Numbered from the whole stretch's first letter, positions 21,092-31,995 are shown. The stretch is DNA of 63,998 nt, filler included, from an uncultured bacterium (GCA_964637655.1; 19 parts of 19 records of this genome joined end to end with filler, not necessarily neighbours in it); one strand, 5' to 3'. Translations and numbers: made by a program. The notes: generated by a model from the sequence alone, not told the origin.

Positions 21092-21191
21092 NNNNNNNNN
21101 NNNNNNNNNNNNNNNNNNNNNNNNNNNNNNNNNNNTTAATTAATTAANNNNNNNNNNNNNNNNNNNNNNNNNNNNNNNNNNNNNNNNNNNN

Positions 21192-22101
21192 CGACCGCGA
21201 CCGCATCTTCTCCTCGCTGCCGATGTTCCACAGTTTCGGGCTCACCGTCGGCACCCTGCTGCCGCTGCTGCGCGGCCTCTACGTCTTCGTCTACCCGACC
21301 CCGCTGCACTACCGCGTCATCCCCATGCTCGTCTACGATCGCGACTGCACCGTGCTGCTGGCCACCAACACCTTCCTCAACGGCTACGCGCGCCGCGCCC
21401 ACGCCTACGATTTCCGCAGCGTGCGCTTCCTCTTTGCCGGTGCCGAGAAATTGCAGCAGGTGACGGCTGACACCTGGGCGCGCCGCTTTGGCATCCGCGT
21501 CCTCGAAGGGTACGGGGCCACCGAGTGCAGTCCCGTGGTCACCGTCAACACCGCCATCCACCCGCAGTTCGGCAGCGCGGGGCGACTGCTACCGGGGGTC
21601 GAGTACAAACTCGACCCGGTTCCGGGAGTCGCTGACGGCGGGCGCCTGTTCGTGCGCGGGCCCAACATCATGCTCGGCTACCTCAATGCGGAACCGGACG
21701 CGCAGTTCAAGGCGCTCGGCGGCTGGTACGACACCGGCGATATCGTCGGGGTGGACCGTCTGCGCTATGTCAGCATCCGCGGCCGGCTGAAGCGCTTCGC
21801 CAAGGTGAGCGGCGAAATGGTTTCGCTGACCGCGGTGGAAGAGGCCCTCGCCGGCGCCTTCCCGCAGCACGGGCGCACCTGCGCGATCGTTGTCGTCACC
21901 CGTCCTGACGAGAAAAAGGGGGAGGCGCTCATCGCTGTCACCAATAGCCCGTCCCTTACCCTCGCCGAGGTGCGCGAGGCCATCCTCGCCAAGGGTCTCA
22001 CCGCGCTCGCCGTCCCGCGTGAACTGAAATACCTCAGCCGCATCCCCGTGCTCGGCACCGGCAAGGCCGACTACAAAACCATCGAAACAGAACTCAAGTA
22101 G
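21192..22101 (+). CDS. aas: Acyl-ACP synthetase domain (Aas-like), C-terminal part
   Basis: LPMFHSFG, GAEKL, EGYGATECSP, WYDTGD, GRLKRFAKVSGEMVSL, GTGKAD. Confidence 0.88.
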
Positions 22102-22106
22102 CAACA

Positions 22107-22419
22107 ATCATGGTGCCTCATCATGGTGCCATCATGGTGCCACTCTCATCATGGTGCCACTCTTTCACATTTTCACATTTGTGTTGTCATATTATTTTGG
22201 CTTTCAACTACTAACATCAATTCTGATTTATTTTAGCTGTCATTTTCTGTGTTTTTGCGCTTCGCTTATTTTGGCTTTTCCCGTCAGTGATATATTCACC
22301 GCATAACAACGATCGACAGATAAGAAAAGTGCAGATAAAATATTTGCGATTCGTTGTATCTTTATATTTATCTATACGTTACATTCTATTGAAATGTGAA
22401 AAAGTGAAAGAGTGGCACC
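22107..22419. mobile_element. AT-rich 267-bp element with 28-bp terminal inverted repeats and stuttered left end
   Basis: GGTGCCACTCTTTCACATTTTCACATTT (22153-22180) vs inverted 22392-22419, 1 mismatch; ATCATGGTGCC x4 at 22107, 22120, 22131, 22148. Confidence 0.75.
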
Positions 22420-22436
22420 TTTTCCTTATCTGCACC

Positions 22437-24543
22437 TTATCTGAAGAGGCGGTGGAAGTCGATGTTCTCCGCGGCCAGCACCAGGGCCAGCGGCGGAAAG
22501 TCGCGCGTCTGCTGCAGCACGCCCGCGTAGTAGCGGGCGTAGTCCTCGCCGCTCTCTTCCGCTCGCGGTTCGCGCAGCCCGAGGAAAACCATCCCCGCCC
22601 CCGCCGAAGCGCGGCGAATGACGGTAAAGACGCTCTCCGCCCCCTGCTGTTCCACCCCGATGTGCGCCTCAAGCCGCGCCAGGTTCATCATCTCGCGCAA
22701 CCGCTTCTGTGCCGCGTCCGCATCCTCCGCGCTGCCCACCACCGTGCGCAGTTCCAATTCCGCCCCCGCCCATTCCGGGCTCGTCTTGAGCAGCCAGGCG
22801 AGCGTGAGCAGCAGCCCGGCGTTGCGCTTCTGCCTTCCCCACCAGACAACAATCCGCGGGGCGCGGTACGCCGGCGCCGGATCGGGTTCCTGCACGATGA
22901 CGAGGTTGCGCCCGCCGCGATGACAGAGGCGCACGAGATCGGCCATCGCCGTGAAATTGCCGCGTTGCGCCGTATCACCGAGCATCACCGTGTTCGGCAC
23001 CAGCGTACCGATCCCATAGTGGCGGATGAGATCGGCGGCACCGTCATACACGTTGGCCGCCGGCACCGCGCGCACCAGCGCCGGCACGTTGTGCCGCCGC
23101 AGGTACTCATGCACGCTCTCCTGCACCGCCGTGCTGCGTTCCGGCGCGGTTTCTCCCGGCAGCAGGACCACGATGGTGGTGAAGCCCTTGCCATGGGTGA
23201 TGGCATCCGCGAGTTCGACGAGGTACCAGCGCGCGGCCGGCGCCCCGCTGAAGACGAGCAGGTTGGGCCGCCACGTCCGCGTCCGGTCCTCCTCCTTCTC
23301 CGCCAGCTTGTAGACCGCGTAACGCGCCACCAGCGCGAGGATGCCCGAACGCAGGTCACCCCACCCCGCGCGCAGCTGCCGCCGCTGCACGAGCACATAG
23401 ACCGTCACGGTCACTGTCAGTGCGACGAACGTCGCCCCGGCGTCGATCATCAGCATGGCGGCGAGGCAGCCGGCCGCCCCCGCGGCGGAAAAGAGCCAGT
23501 GGATGCGGAACTGCGGGCGCCATGACGGGCTGGCAATGAGCCCCTCGAACGCCGCCGAAGCGTTGATCAGCCCGTACGAGGTGAGGAAGAACATCGCCAG
23601 CACGGGCGCGATCAGGTTCAGATCGCCCAGCAGGATGCCGCTCAGCGCCACGGCGAAAGCGACCCCGGTGGCGAGGCGCGGCTCATCGTTCGGCCCCGCC
23701 CCGCGCCCGAGCACGCGCGGGATGATCCCGTCGCGCGCCAGCGCCTGCAGCGTGCGCGGCGCCCCGAGCAGCGAGCCGACCGCGCTCGACAGCGCGGCGC
23801 ACCAGACCCCGGCGATGACCAGGTTGCCGAACACCGCGACCTTCGCCATCACCAGCGGGTCGAACAGCAGCGCCTGCTCGTGCACCGTGTGCGCGAGCCA
23901 GACCGGCACCGCGAGGTAGACCAGGAACCCGGTGATGATGGCGGCCAGCGTGCCGCGCGGCAGAGAGCGCGCCGGGTCGCGCAGGTCACCCGACAGGGCG
24001 ATTCCCGCCTCGATCCCCGTCACCGCCGGGAAGAAGACGGCGAAGACCGCCCAGAACCCCGGCGATACGGGGAGCGCCGTCTCCGCCGCTGCCACCGCCA
24101 TCCCCGGCCCGCGCCCGAGGAAGAAACTGAGCAGCGACCCGGCGATGACCGCGAGCACGGCATACTGCGTGCGCAGCGTCAGGTCGGCCGACTTCCACGC
24201 CAGCGCCGTCAGCGCCAGCAGCGTCGTCACCGCCACCACTTTCGGGGCGAGCGCGGGGAACACGGCACAGACCGACTCGGTGAACCCGGCGATATAGAAC
24301 GAGATACCGAGCGCCTGCGCGAGGAAGAGCGGCAGCCCCACCGCCGCGCCGGTCTCGATACCGAGCGAGCGCGAGATCATGTAGTAGGCGCCCCCGCCGC
24401 CGATGCGCATGTTGGTGGCGATGGCGGCGATGGAGAGCCCGGTGAGGAAGGTGATGCTGGTGGCGAGCGTGACGATGAGCAGCGTCGCCGGCAGTCCGAC
24501 ATGGCCGAGCACCCAGCCGAAGCGCAGGTACATCACCACCCCG
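22437..24543 (-). CDS. Cation-chloride cotransporter-like (SLC12/APC) permease; 5' truncated
   Basis: YLRFGWV, SAIATN-like SIAAIATN, GGAYYMISRSLG, FFPAVTGI, SGDL, WRPNLLV soluble domain. Confidence 0.88.
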
Positions 24544-24643
24544 NNNNNNNNNNNNNNNNNNNNNNNNNNNNNNNNNNNNNNNNNNNNTTAATTAATTAAN
24601 NNNNNNNNNNNNNNNNNNNNNNNNNNNNNNNNNNNNNNNNNNN

Positions 24644-25224
24644 CACTCGTCGGCCCCCTGCCGGCGACAGCCGGCGACACCTTCACCCTGCACCTGCGCG
24701 GCGGGATGCGGCAGCTGGCGGTTGCCGCGGTGGCCGACCGCTGGCTGCGCGTCGAAGGGCTCGGCGCGGCGCGCGGGTTTATCGTGCGCGGTGACGGCAC
24801 GGTGCTGGCCGTCGGCCCGGCGCTGACGGCGGCCGCCGGCGTGGCCGCACCGCTGACGGCAGGGGAGCCGCTTCCGGCAGCCACCGCGGAGCAGATGGCA
24901 CTGACGCAGTCGCTGCGCGCCGGGGAACGCGGTATGCGCACGCTCAGCGACGCCGCGGGGACGGAGTGGGTTGTCGCCTACGAACCGCTGCACGAGTACG
25001 GCGGCAGCATCGGACTGCTCCTGCGGTATGCCGACCTGGCGCCGGAATACGAGGCGGCCCGGCAGCGACTGGCCTCGCATGTCGCGGCAGGCGCGGAACT
25101 CAACCGTCACACGGCGCGCCGCTGGCGCGTCCTGCTCTTCGTCCTGCTTGCGGTCGCCTGGTTCCTCGCCCTGCTGGGCGGGCGGGTCTTTGTCCGCCTG
25201 CTGGACCGGCGCGATGCCGCCTGA
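24644..25224 (+). CDS. Membrane-anchored Cache-like periplasmic protein fragment
   Basis: GFIVRGDGTVLA...WVVAYEPL; C-terminal TM. Confidence 0.45.
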
Positions 25225-26107
25225 CGTCTGGGCGGGGTGGCGCGACGCGTTTCTCGCCTACGCGCGCAGTGAAAAAGGACTTGCCCCCAATACCCTGGCA
25301 GCCTACCGCCGCGATCTCGACCGTTTCCGCCGCTGGCTGCGGCGGCACGGAGCGCCTGCCCCGGCCCGGGTGACCGGTGCGACCGTCACGGAGTTTCTCG
25401 TCGCGGAACGCCGTGGCGGGGCGGCGGCGCGCACCATTGCCCGGCGGCTCTCCGCGCTCAAGATGTTCTTCCGTTTCCTTGTGCTCGACGGACACCTGCG
25501 GCAGGACCTGACCGCCGACCTCGAGGCCCCGCATACCGGGAAGTATCTCCCCGACTGCCTCGCGGAGGAGGAGGTCGACCGCCTGCTGGCACAGCCCGAC
25601 ACGATGACCGACGCGGGGGTGCGCGACCGCGCGCTGCTCGAACTGATCTACGCGGCCGGCCTGCGCGTGTCGGAAGCGGCCACCCTCCGCTACGGACAGT
25701 GCGCGCTCGACAACGGGGAAATCCGCGTAACCGGGAAGGGGAGCCGCGAGCGCGTGGTGCCGGTGCATGACGGGGCGGTGCACTGGCTGCGCGCGCATCT
25801 CGCGCGGCAGGGAACCCCGGCGGCGGACGGGTATGTTTTTGCCGGGCGGAGCGGCGGCGCGCTCACCCGCCAGCGGGTCTGGCAGGTGATCAAGGCGTGC
25901 GCGCGGCGGGCGGGACTGGATGCCGCGCGGGTGCGCGTGCACACGCTGCGCCATTCGTTCGCCACCCACCTGCTGCAGCACGGGGCCGACCTGCGGCGCG
26001 TGCAGGAACTGCTCGGGCATGCCGATATCGCCACCACGCAGATCTACACCCATGTCAACCCCGCCTACCTCAAGGACCTGCAGAAAAAGTATCATCCGCG
26101 CGGCTGA
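25214..26107 (+). CDS. xerD: Tyrosine recombinase XerD
   Basis: NTLAAYRRDL, RDRALLELIYAAGLRVSE, GKGSRER, HTLRHSFATH, LLGHADIATTQIYTH, KYHPRG. Confidence 0.92.
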   Translation: MPPDVWAGWRDAFLAYARSEKGLAPNTLAAYRRDLDRFRRWLRRHGAPAPARVTGATVTEFLVAERRGGAAARTIARRLSALKMFFRFLVLDGHLRQDLTADLEAPHTGKYLPDCLAEEEVDRLLAQPDTMTDAGVRDRALLELIYAAGLRVSEAATLRYGQCALDNGEIRVTGKGSRERVVPVHDGAVHWLRAHLARQGTPAADGYVFAGRSGGALTRQRVWQVIKACARRAGLDAARVRVHTLRHSFATHLLQHGADLRRVQELLGHADIATTQIYTHVNPAYLKDLQKKYHPRG

Positions 26108-26124
26108 ACAGCACACCTAATATA

Positions 26125-26153
26125 TTGACAAGCCGCACGCGAAGCGGTATACT
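26125..26153 (+). promoter_or_regulatory. Strong sigma70 promoter
   Basis: TTGACA-17 nt-TATACT. Confidence 0.75.
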
Positions 26154-26206
26154 TCCCGCCTACGCGGGCGCTGCGCGCGCTGCTGACCGGGGAGGCAGAC
26201 ACGGCC

Positions 26207-27964
26207 ATGAGCATCTTCGACTTCACACCGCTTGATGACGACGGGTCGCCCCTGCTGCCGGACGCGGTGGAGAGCGCACCGGCGGTGCCGGCGGAGAGCG
26301 TGCCGGCCGTGCACATCCGCGACCTGCGCCCGGGGAACATCGTCGAGGGCGTCATCCTCAGCGTCAGCCGCGACGAAGTGGTGCTCGACCTCAACTACAA
26401 AACCGAGGGGCTGATCGCCCGCGACGAACTGCCGCCGCACCTCAACCTGCGCGTCGGACAGCCGCTGCGCGCCATGGTCGAACGCGAAACCGACGAGGGG
26501 GTGCGGCTCTCCTACCGCCGCGCGATGCGCGAACTCGGCTGGGCGGACATCGAGGCGGCGGCGACAGCGCAACGCAGCGTGCACTGCCGTATCGAGACCT
26601 GTGTCAAGGGGAGCGGCTTCCGCGTCGATATCGGCGGGGTCAAGGGGTTCATGCCGCTGTCGCAGGCGGGGATGCCGGGCCTGCAGGATGGCGGGGAACT
26701 GGTCGGACGCGAACTCGACTGCCGCATCATCCGCATCGACCGCGACCGCCACGACGTCGTCGTCTCGCACCGCAAGCACCGCGAGGAGCAGCGCGCGGGG
26801 GCGGTGCAGGAACTCTTCGGGAAACTCGCGGTGGGCGACCTGGTGCGCGGCACGGTGCGCGCGGTGCGCCGCGACTTCGCCTTTGTCGACCTGGGCGGCG
26901 TCGACGCCTTCCTGCATGTCAGCGACCTGGCCTGGCGCTTCGTGCGCGAGCCGCAGGAGGTGGTCAACGAGGGGGAGGAACTCGAGGTGCGGGTGCTCGA
27001 TATCGACCTGTCCCGGCAGCGCGTCAAGGTCGGGCTCAAGCAGGCGCAGGAGAACCCGTGGACGACCGCGGCGCAGCGTTTCCCGGTGGGGAGCGTGGTC
27101 GGCGGGCGCGTGGTTTCGCTGAGCAAGTTCGGCGCTTTCGTCGAGGTGGCGGAGGGGATCACCGGGCTGGTGCCGCTGCGCGAGATTTCGTGGAATGCGC
27201 GGTTGCGCCACCCGTCGGAGGAACTGGCGGAAGGCGACCGCGTCACCGTGCGGGTGGAGTCGGTTGACCCCGCCGCGCAGAAACTGTCGCTGTCGCGTCG
27301 CGCGGCGCAGGCGGACCCGTGGATCGAGTTCCGCGCCGCACAGCCGGCGGGGAGCGTGGTCGCGGGCACGGTGCGCCACGCCACGCCGCGCGTGGCGTTC
27401 ATCACCCTGGCCCCCGGCGTGGAAGGCATTCTGCGCCAGGAGGATGTCAGCTGGACGGACGACCGCGGCGAACTGGCGGCGGTGGCCCCGGTTGGCGGCA
27501 CGGTAACGGCGAAGATTCTCACCTACGACGAGGCCGACCACCTCGTGCGGCTCGGCCTGAAGCAGTTGAGTGACGACCCGTGGCTGCAGGTGGCGGCACG
27601 CTACCCGCTGGGGAAAACGGTGACGGGGACGGTGACGCGGCTTGCCCCGTTCGGCGTGTTCGTCGAACTGGAGCCGGGCATCGACGGGCTGGTGCACGTC
27701 TCGCAGCTGGCGGCGCAGCCGGTGCACCGTCCCGAGGAGGCGCATTGTGCCGTCGGGCAGTCGCTGCGCGCCAAGGTGATCAAACTCGATATCGCGCAGC
27801 GGCGCATCAACCTGTCGGTGCGCGAACTGCTGCAGGACGAGGAGCGGCAGGATATGCAGCAGTACCGTGCCGCGCATCGCGGCGGCGGTGTCTCGCTCGG
27901 TGACCTGCTGGGCACCGACCTGTCAGCCCTGCTCAAGCCGCGCGACGGGGAGGGCGGCAACTGA
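26207..27964 (+). CDS. rpsA: 30S ribosomal protein S1-like, six S1 repeats
   Basis: Repeated FGAFVE...GLV...SW units with DPW/NPW linkers; SLGDLL tail. Confidence 0.88.
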   Translation: MSIFDFTPLDDDGSPLLPDAVESAPAVPAESVPAVHIRDLRPGNIVEGVILSVSRDEVVLDLNYKTEGLIARDELPPHLNLRVGQPLRAMVERETDEGVRLSYRRAMRELGWADIEAAATAQRSVHCRIETCVKGSGFRVDIGGVKGFMPLSQAGMPGLQDGGELVGRELDCRIIRIDRDRHDVVVSHRKHREEQRAGAVQELFGKLAVGDLVRGTVRAVRRDFAFVDLGGVDAFLHVSDLAWRFVREPQEVVNEGEELEVRVLDIDLSRQRVKVGLKQAQENPWTTAAQRFPVGSVVGGRVVSLSKFGAFVEVAEGITGLVPLREISWNARLRHPSEELAEGDRVTVRVESVDPAAQKLSLSRRAAQADPWIEFRAAQPAGSVVAGTVRHATPRVAFITLAPGVEGILRQEDVSWTDDRGELAAVAPVGGTVTAKILTYDEADHLVRLGLKQLSDDPWLQVAARYPLGKTVTGTVTRLAPFGVFVELEPGIDGLVHVSQLAAQPVHRPEEAHCAVGQSLRAKVIKLDIAQRRINLSVRELLQDEERQDMQQYRAAHRGGGVSLGDLLGTDLSALLKPRDGEGGN

Positions 27965-28088
27965 TGGCGGTCATCGACCCGGGCTGGTNNNNNNNNNNNN
28001 NNNNNNNNNNNNNNNNNNNNNNNNNNNNNNNNTTAATTAATTAANNNNNNNNNNNNNNNNNNNNNNNNNNNNNNNNNNNNNNNNNNNN

Positions 28089-28399
28089 GAATCATCCTCG
28101 GCGCTGCGTTCCGTGCGGATGACCTTGTCCTCACGCGCCCGCTCTTTGCCAATGATCGCACTGGTCACCGAAGTCGCCGCCTGGCGATCCGTCTGGGCCC
28201 GGGCCCTGGCCAGCGCCTCGTCGGCGCGGGCGCGGGCCCGGCTGATCACCGCGTCCGCGCACTCATCGACGGCGGTGAGCGCCTCGCCGAGGGCGTTGTC
28301 AACCTCAGCACGTTCGACCCGCAAACTCTCGTCGGTCTGTTCGCGTTCCACATTATCGGTTTGCTGCTGCATGCTGGTTGCCTCCACGGGGGCGGTCAT
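28089..28399 (-). CDS. Coiled-coil N-terminus of an uncharacterised protein (possibly a histidine kinase); truncated
   Basis: ATG overlaps mlaD stop; EREQTDESLRVER...RARARADE charged helix. Confidence 0.45.
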
Positions 28400-29031
28400 G
28401 GCTTGCGCAGCAGGCGCCACGGCTCGCGGTTGACGGTTTCGGTAAACTGCCGCAGGTTCTCCATGCTCACTGCCAGGTCGGAGGTTGCACTGGTCTCGCG
28501 CTTGACGGTCTCCGTCAATTGCCGGACGTTCTGCATGCTGATGGCGATATCGGAGGTGCCGCCGGTCAGGCGCTCGATATTGGTCGCGACCAGTTCGGAA
28601 ATCTGCGGCACGCGCTCCCCGACGAAGGCGAAGTTATCCGGCGCCACCGGGCTCGTTTCCCTGCCCTGAATGAAGTCGATCACCATCTGTCCCATAAGCC
28701 CCTGCTGGTAGAGGCGGGTGGTTACCTCGCTGCGCACCCCGGCGTCCCGCTCGACCTGAACCTCGATCACCACCTCGTAGTCCGGATGGCTGTCGGGCCG
28801 GTCAGCCAGCGGCACGGGGGAGACGAGGCCCGCGACCTCGCCAATCTGACGCCCGGCCAGCAGCACCGGATCGCCCGGCCGCAGGCCGGAGGCATTGTCG
28901 AAGGACACGTAAAAGGTGTTCATCGGGGTCAGCACGCCGGGCAGTCCAATCACCACCAGCGCCGCGCCCAGCACCGCCAGCACGACCAGCACCATGATGC
29001 CCGTGGATATTTCATTGCGATGGATCTGCAT
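28396..29031 (-). CDS. mlaD: MlaD/MCE protein
   Basis: TM, FDNASGLRPGDPVLLAGRQIGEV, GLMGQ; ends PWRLLRKP. Confidence 0.88.
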   Translation of the reverse strand: MQIHRNEISTGIMVLVVLAVLGAALVVIGLPGVLTPMNTFYVSFDNASGLRPGDPVLLAGRQIGEVAGLVSPVPLADRPDSHPDYEVVIEVQVERDAGVRSEVTTRLYQQGLMGQMVIDFIQGRETSPVAPDNFAFVGERVPQISELVATNIERLTGGTSDIAISMQNVRQLTETVKRETSATSDLAVSMENLRQFTETVNREPWRLLRKP

Positions 29032-29797
29032 CGGTTGCCTCCCTGGCAGGAACAGCGTGATGGCCCAAAAACGCGCGAACGGCCGGGTTGGCCGACCGGC
29101 GAAAGGCGTCCGGCGCCGCATTTTCCGCGATCCGCCCCCCGTCAAGCAGCAGCATCCGGGTGGCCACGCGAAAGGCGCTGTCCATATCGTGGGTCACCAC
29201 GATCGACGTAACGTTATGTTGCTCCCGCAAACCGATGATGAGCCCGTTGATGCTGGCGCTGTTGACCGGATCGAGGCCGGCGGACGGTTCATCAAACAGC
29301 ACGAGTTCCGGTTCCAGCACGAGAGCCCGCGCCAGTCCGGCGCGTTTCCGCATGCCGCCACTCAGTTCATCCGGCAATTTGTCCTTAGCGTCCGCCAGTC
29401 CGACCAGTTCGAGTTTGGCCGCGACCAGCGTGTTGATTTCCGCGGTGGTCTTGTCGGAGATTTCCTCGAGGGGAAAGGCCAGGTTCCGCCCCACGGTGAG
29501 CGATCCTAACAGCGCCGAGTTCTGGTAGACCATACCGATCATGGCCCGCAAACGGTTGAGCTGGCGGCGGGGCAACGTGGTGATCTCCTCACCCTTGAAC
29601 TGGATGGACCCGGCATCGGCCGTGAGCAGGCCAAGCAGCAGGCGGAGCAGCGTGCTTTTCCCGCTGCCGCTCTGCCCCATGATCACCAGGGTTTCCCCGC
29701 GCTGCAAGTCCAGGTCGAGTCCGCGGAGAATTTCCTTGTCGCCAAAAGCAAGCTGTACGCCCTGCATCCGCATCAGCAGCGTGTCCGGGTTCGTCAT
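29012..29797 (-). CDS. mlaF: MlaF ABC ATPase
   Basis: GQSGSGKS, LSGGMRKRAGLARAL, DEPSAGLDP, VTHD. Confidence 0.93.
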   Translation of the reverse strand: MTNPDTLLMRMQGVQLAFGDKEILRGLDLDLQRGETLVIMGQSGSGKSTLLRLLLGLLTADAGSIQFKGEEITTLPRRQLNRLRAMIGMVYQNSALLGSLTVGRNLAFPLEEISDKTTAEINTLVAAKLELVGLADAKDKLPDELSGGMRKRAGLARALVLEPELVLFDEPSAGLDPVNSASINGLIIGLREQHNVTSIVVTHDMDSAFRVATRMLLLDGGRIAENAAPDAFRRSANPAVRAFLGHHAVPAREATDADPSQ

Positions 29798-30588
29798 TTG
29801 AGCACGATAAAGAACAACACGTTGCAACCCGTGTCGCACGCGATGACCGTGGCGATGGCCGCCACCACGCTGTAGGTGGTGGCGAGTCCGACGCCGCTGG
29901 CCCCGCCACGGACCGACAGTCCCTTGTAGCAGGCGATGAGCCCGATAATGCCGCCGAAGAGCACGCTTTTGACGATGCCCGACACGATATCCTTCACCAG
30001 CAGATGCGACATCACCTGATCCCAGAAGTAGCCGTAGGAGATGTTGAGTGCCGCGCTCGAAATCAGGGCGCCACCGAATATTCCGGACACATCGGCCAGC
30101 ACCGCCAGGCACGGGGTCAGCAGCACCACCGCCGCCACCCGGGGCAGCACCAGATAGCGCAGCGGCCCGATTCCCATCCCTTCAATCGCCTCCACTTCCT
30201 CCGCCACCACCATGGAACCGAGTTCAGCCGTGAAGGCGGCCCCGACGCGCGAGGCCACGATAATGCCGGCCAGCAGGGGACCCAGTTCCCGGGTAAACGA
30301 GACGGAGACAATCGACGGCACCAGGGCAACGAGCCCGAACAGCTGCAGTTGGTAGCCGGTGAGCAGGGCCATGGTCAGTCCGAAAAAGAGGGTGACGAGC
30401 GCGACCAGCGGCGCCGAGCCGGGCCCCACCAGCCGGGTCTGGATGAAGAACGTCGACCAGCGCACCGGCATCCGGCCGGCAGCCAGACGGTCCCCGAGTT
30501 CGGCCATCGTTTCCCGCGTCAGCCAGACCAGGCCGCTGAGTTCCCGGAGGAAGCCGACAGCAGCAGCGCCCAACTGCGCAAGCATCAT
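29794..30588 (-). CDS. mlaE: MlaE permease
   Basis: RELGPLL...SRVGAAFTAELGSM...YLVLPR...GVGLATT. Confidence 0.93.
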   Translation of the reverse strand: MMLAQLGAAAVGFLRELSGLVWLTRETMAELGDRLAAGRMPVRWSTFFIQTRLVGPGSAPLVALVTLFFGLTMALLTGYQLQLFGLVALVPSIVSVSFTRELGPLLAGIIVASRVGAAFTAELGSMVVAEEVEAIEGMGIGPLRYLVLPRVAAVVLLTPCLAVLADVSGIFGGALISSAALNISYGYFWDQVMSHLLVKDIVSGIVKSVLFGGIIGLIACYKGLSVRGGASGVGLATTYSVVAAIATVIACDTGCNVLFFIVLK

Positions 30589-30596
30589 GGCATCGC

Positions 30597-31421
30597 TTAC
30601 GCCGGCGTTGCCGGGCGCGGCAGGGTGACGGTAAACAACGCGCCCTGTCCGGGCTCACTGGCCACGTCGATGCGCCCGTGCTGCCGGCCGATGAGGTCGG
30701 CGGCAACGCTCAAGCCGATGCCCAGCCCGCCATGCTGGCGGGTGGTGGAACTGTCCAGCTGGTAGAACTGTTCGAAGATATGCGCCTGGCTGGCGGCGGC
30801 GATGCCCGGCCCGCTGTCGCGAATATGAAACCTGGTTTCCGACGGGGTGGCCATGGCGCTGATGCTGACCGTGCCGCCGGGCGGGGTGAACTTGACCGCG
30901 TTGTCCGCGAGGTTGACCAGCGCCTGGAGCAGTTGCCCGCGGTCCGCGAACACCACGACGGCACCACCTTCGCACTGCAGGGTGAGTTGACGTTCCTGCG
31001 CCTTGTCGCGCACCATGGTGACGACCTCGTCCAGCAGCCCGGCGGCGGAAAACATGGTGTACGTGAGCGGCAGCCCGCCGCGGTCACCACTGGCGAGTTG
31101 CAGCAGGTTGTTGATGAGCATGAGCTGGCGATCGATATTGCGCAGGATCACCCCGCACTCGGCCTGCTGTTGCGGCGTGACGGGACCGGAAATTCCGGCG
31201 CCGATCATTTCGGTGTAGCCGCGCGCCGTGACCAGGGGCGTGCGCAGTTCGTGCGAGATATTGGCGAGCAGATTATTCTTCATGCCGTCGAGCACGCGCA
31301 GGCGCAGAATCGCCGCCTTCAGGGACTTGTTCTTGTCTTCGAGCCGGCGGATCAGCACCTCGTTGTATTCCTTGAGGTATACCGGTTCGGGATATTCTTC
31401 CAGGTACACGGGCGCGAGAGG
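30597..31421 (-). CDS. Histidine kinase C-terminal part
   Basis: SHELRTPL, NLADNAVKF, DSGPGI, GLGIGL. Confidence 0.92.
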   Translation of the reverse strand, partial: PLAPVYLEEYPEPVYLKEYNEVLIRRLEDKNKSLKAAILRLRVLDGMKNNLLANISHELRTPLVTARGYTEMIGAGISGPVTPQQQAECGVILRNIDRQLMLINNLLQLASGDRGGLPLTYTMFSAAGLLDEVVTMVRDKAQERQLTLQCEGGAVVVFADRGQLLQALVNLADNAVKFTPPGGTVSISAMATPSETRFHIRDSGPGIAAASQAHIFEQFYQLDSSTTRQHGGLGIGLSVAADLIGRQHGRIDVASEPGQGALFTVTLPRPATPA

Positions 31422-31521
31422 NNNNNNNNNNNNNNNNNNNNNNNNNNNNNNNNNNNNNNNNNNNNTTAATTAATTAANNNNNNNNNNNNNNNNNNNNNNN
31501 NNNNNNNNNNNNNNNNNNNNN

Positions 31522-31986
31522 CTCTTTTTTTTGTTTTCTCCCCTGGGTGTCCCCCCCCGGCGCGCCCCCCGCGCGCCCGGCTCGCTCATCTACTACCTGA
31601 TGACCACCGCCAGTCCGGTCGACCCGTGGCACCGCATTGCCTCGGACGAAATCCTGCTCTACCATGCGGGCGTGCCGATGACCCAGCTGCTGCTCTATCC
31701 CGACGGCAGCTGGCGCGAAATCACGCTCGGTCCCGATTTCGCCGCGGGCCAGGTGGCGCAGCAGGTCATTCCCGCCGGCACCTGGATGGGGTTCGTCAAG
31801 CAGGGTGGCGCACAGCACGGCTGGGGACTCTACGGGGTGCTGGTCGTCCCCGGGTTCGACCTTGCCGACCTCGAGATGGCGCGCACCGTGCCGCAGCTGG
31901 CGGCACTGAAGCGTCAGTACCCGTCAGCGGTGGCCCGCGCGACGGAGCTCGGCCTCTTCCCGGAAAACGGGTTCATCACCGAGTAA
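31522..31986 (+). CDS. Cupin_5 (DUF985) protein; 5' truncated
   Basis: IYYLM, WHRIASDEILLYHAG, QQVIPAGTW, VVPGFDLAD. Confidence 0.85.
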   Translation, partial: LFFLFSPLGVPPRRAPRAPGSLIYYLMTTASPVDPWHRIASDEILLYHAGVPMTQLLLYPDGSWREITLGPDFAAGQVAQQVIPAGTWMGFVKQGGAQHGWGLYGVLVVPGFDLADLEMARTVPQLAALKRQYPSAVARATELGLFPENGFITE

Positions 31987-31995
31987 ACGATTCGT

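Noticed and set aside
22287-23525. 412-aa plus-strand ORF starting in the AT-rich element as its transposase
   Set aside because: Shadow frame antisense to the permease; no transposase motifs
25214-26107. Tyrosine recombinase as a prophage or integron integrase
   Set aside because: Housekeeping XerD size and C-terminus, next to an S1 gene, no att or cassette context
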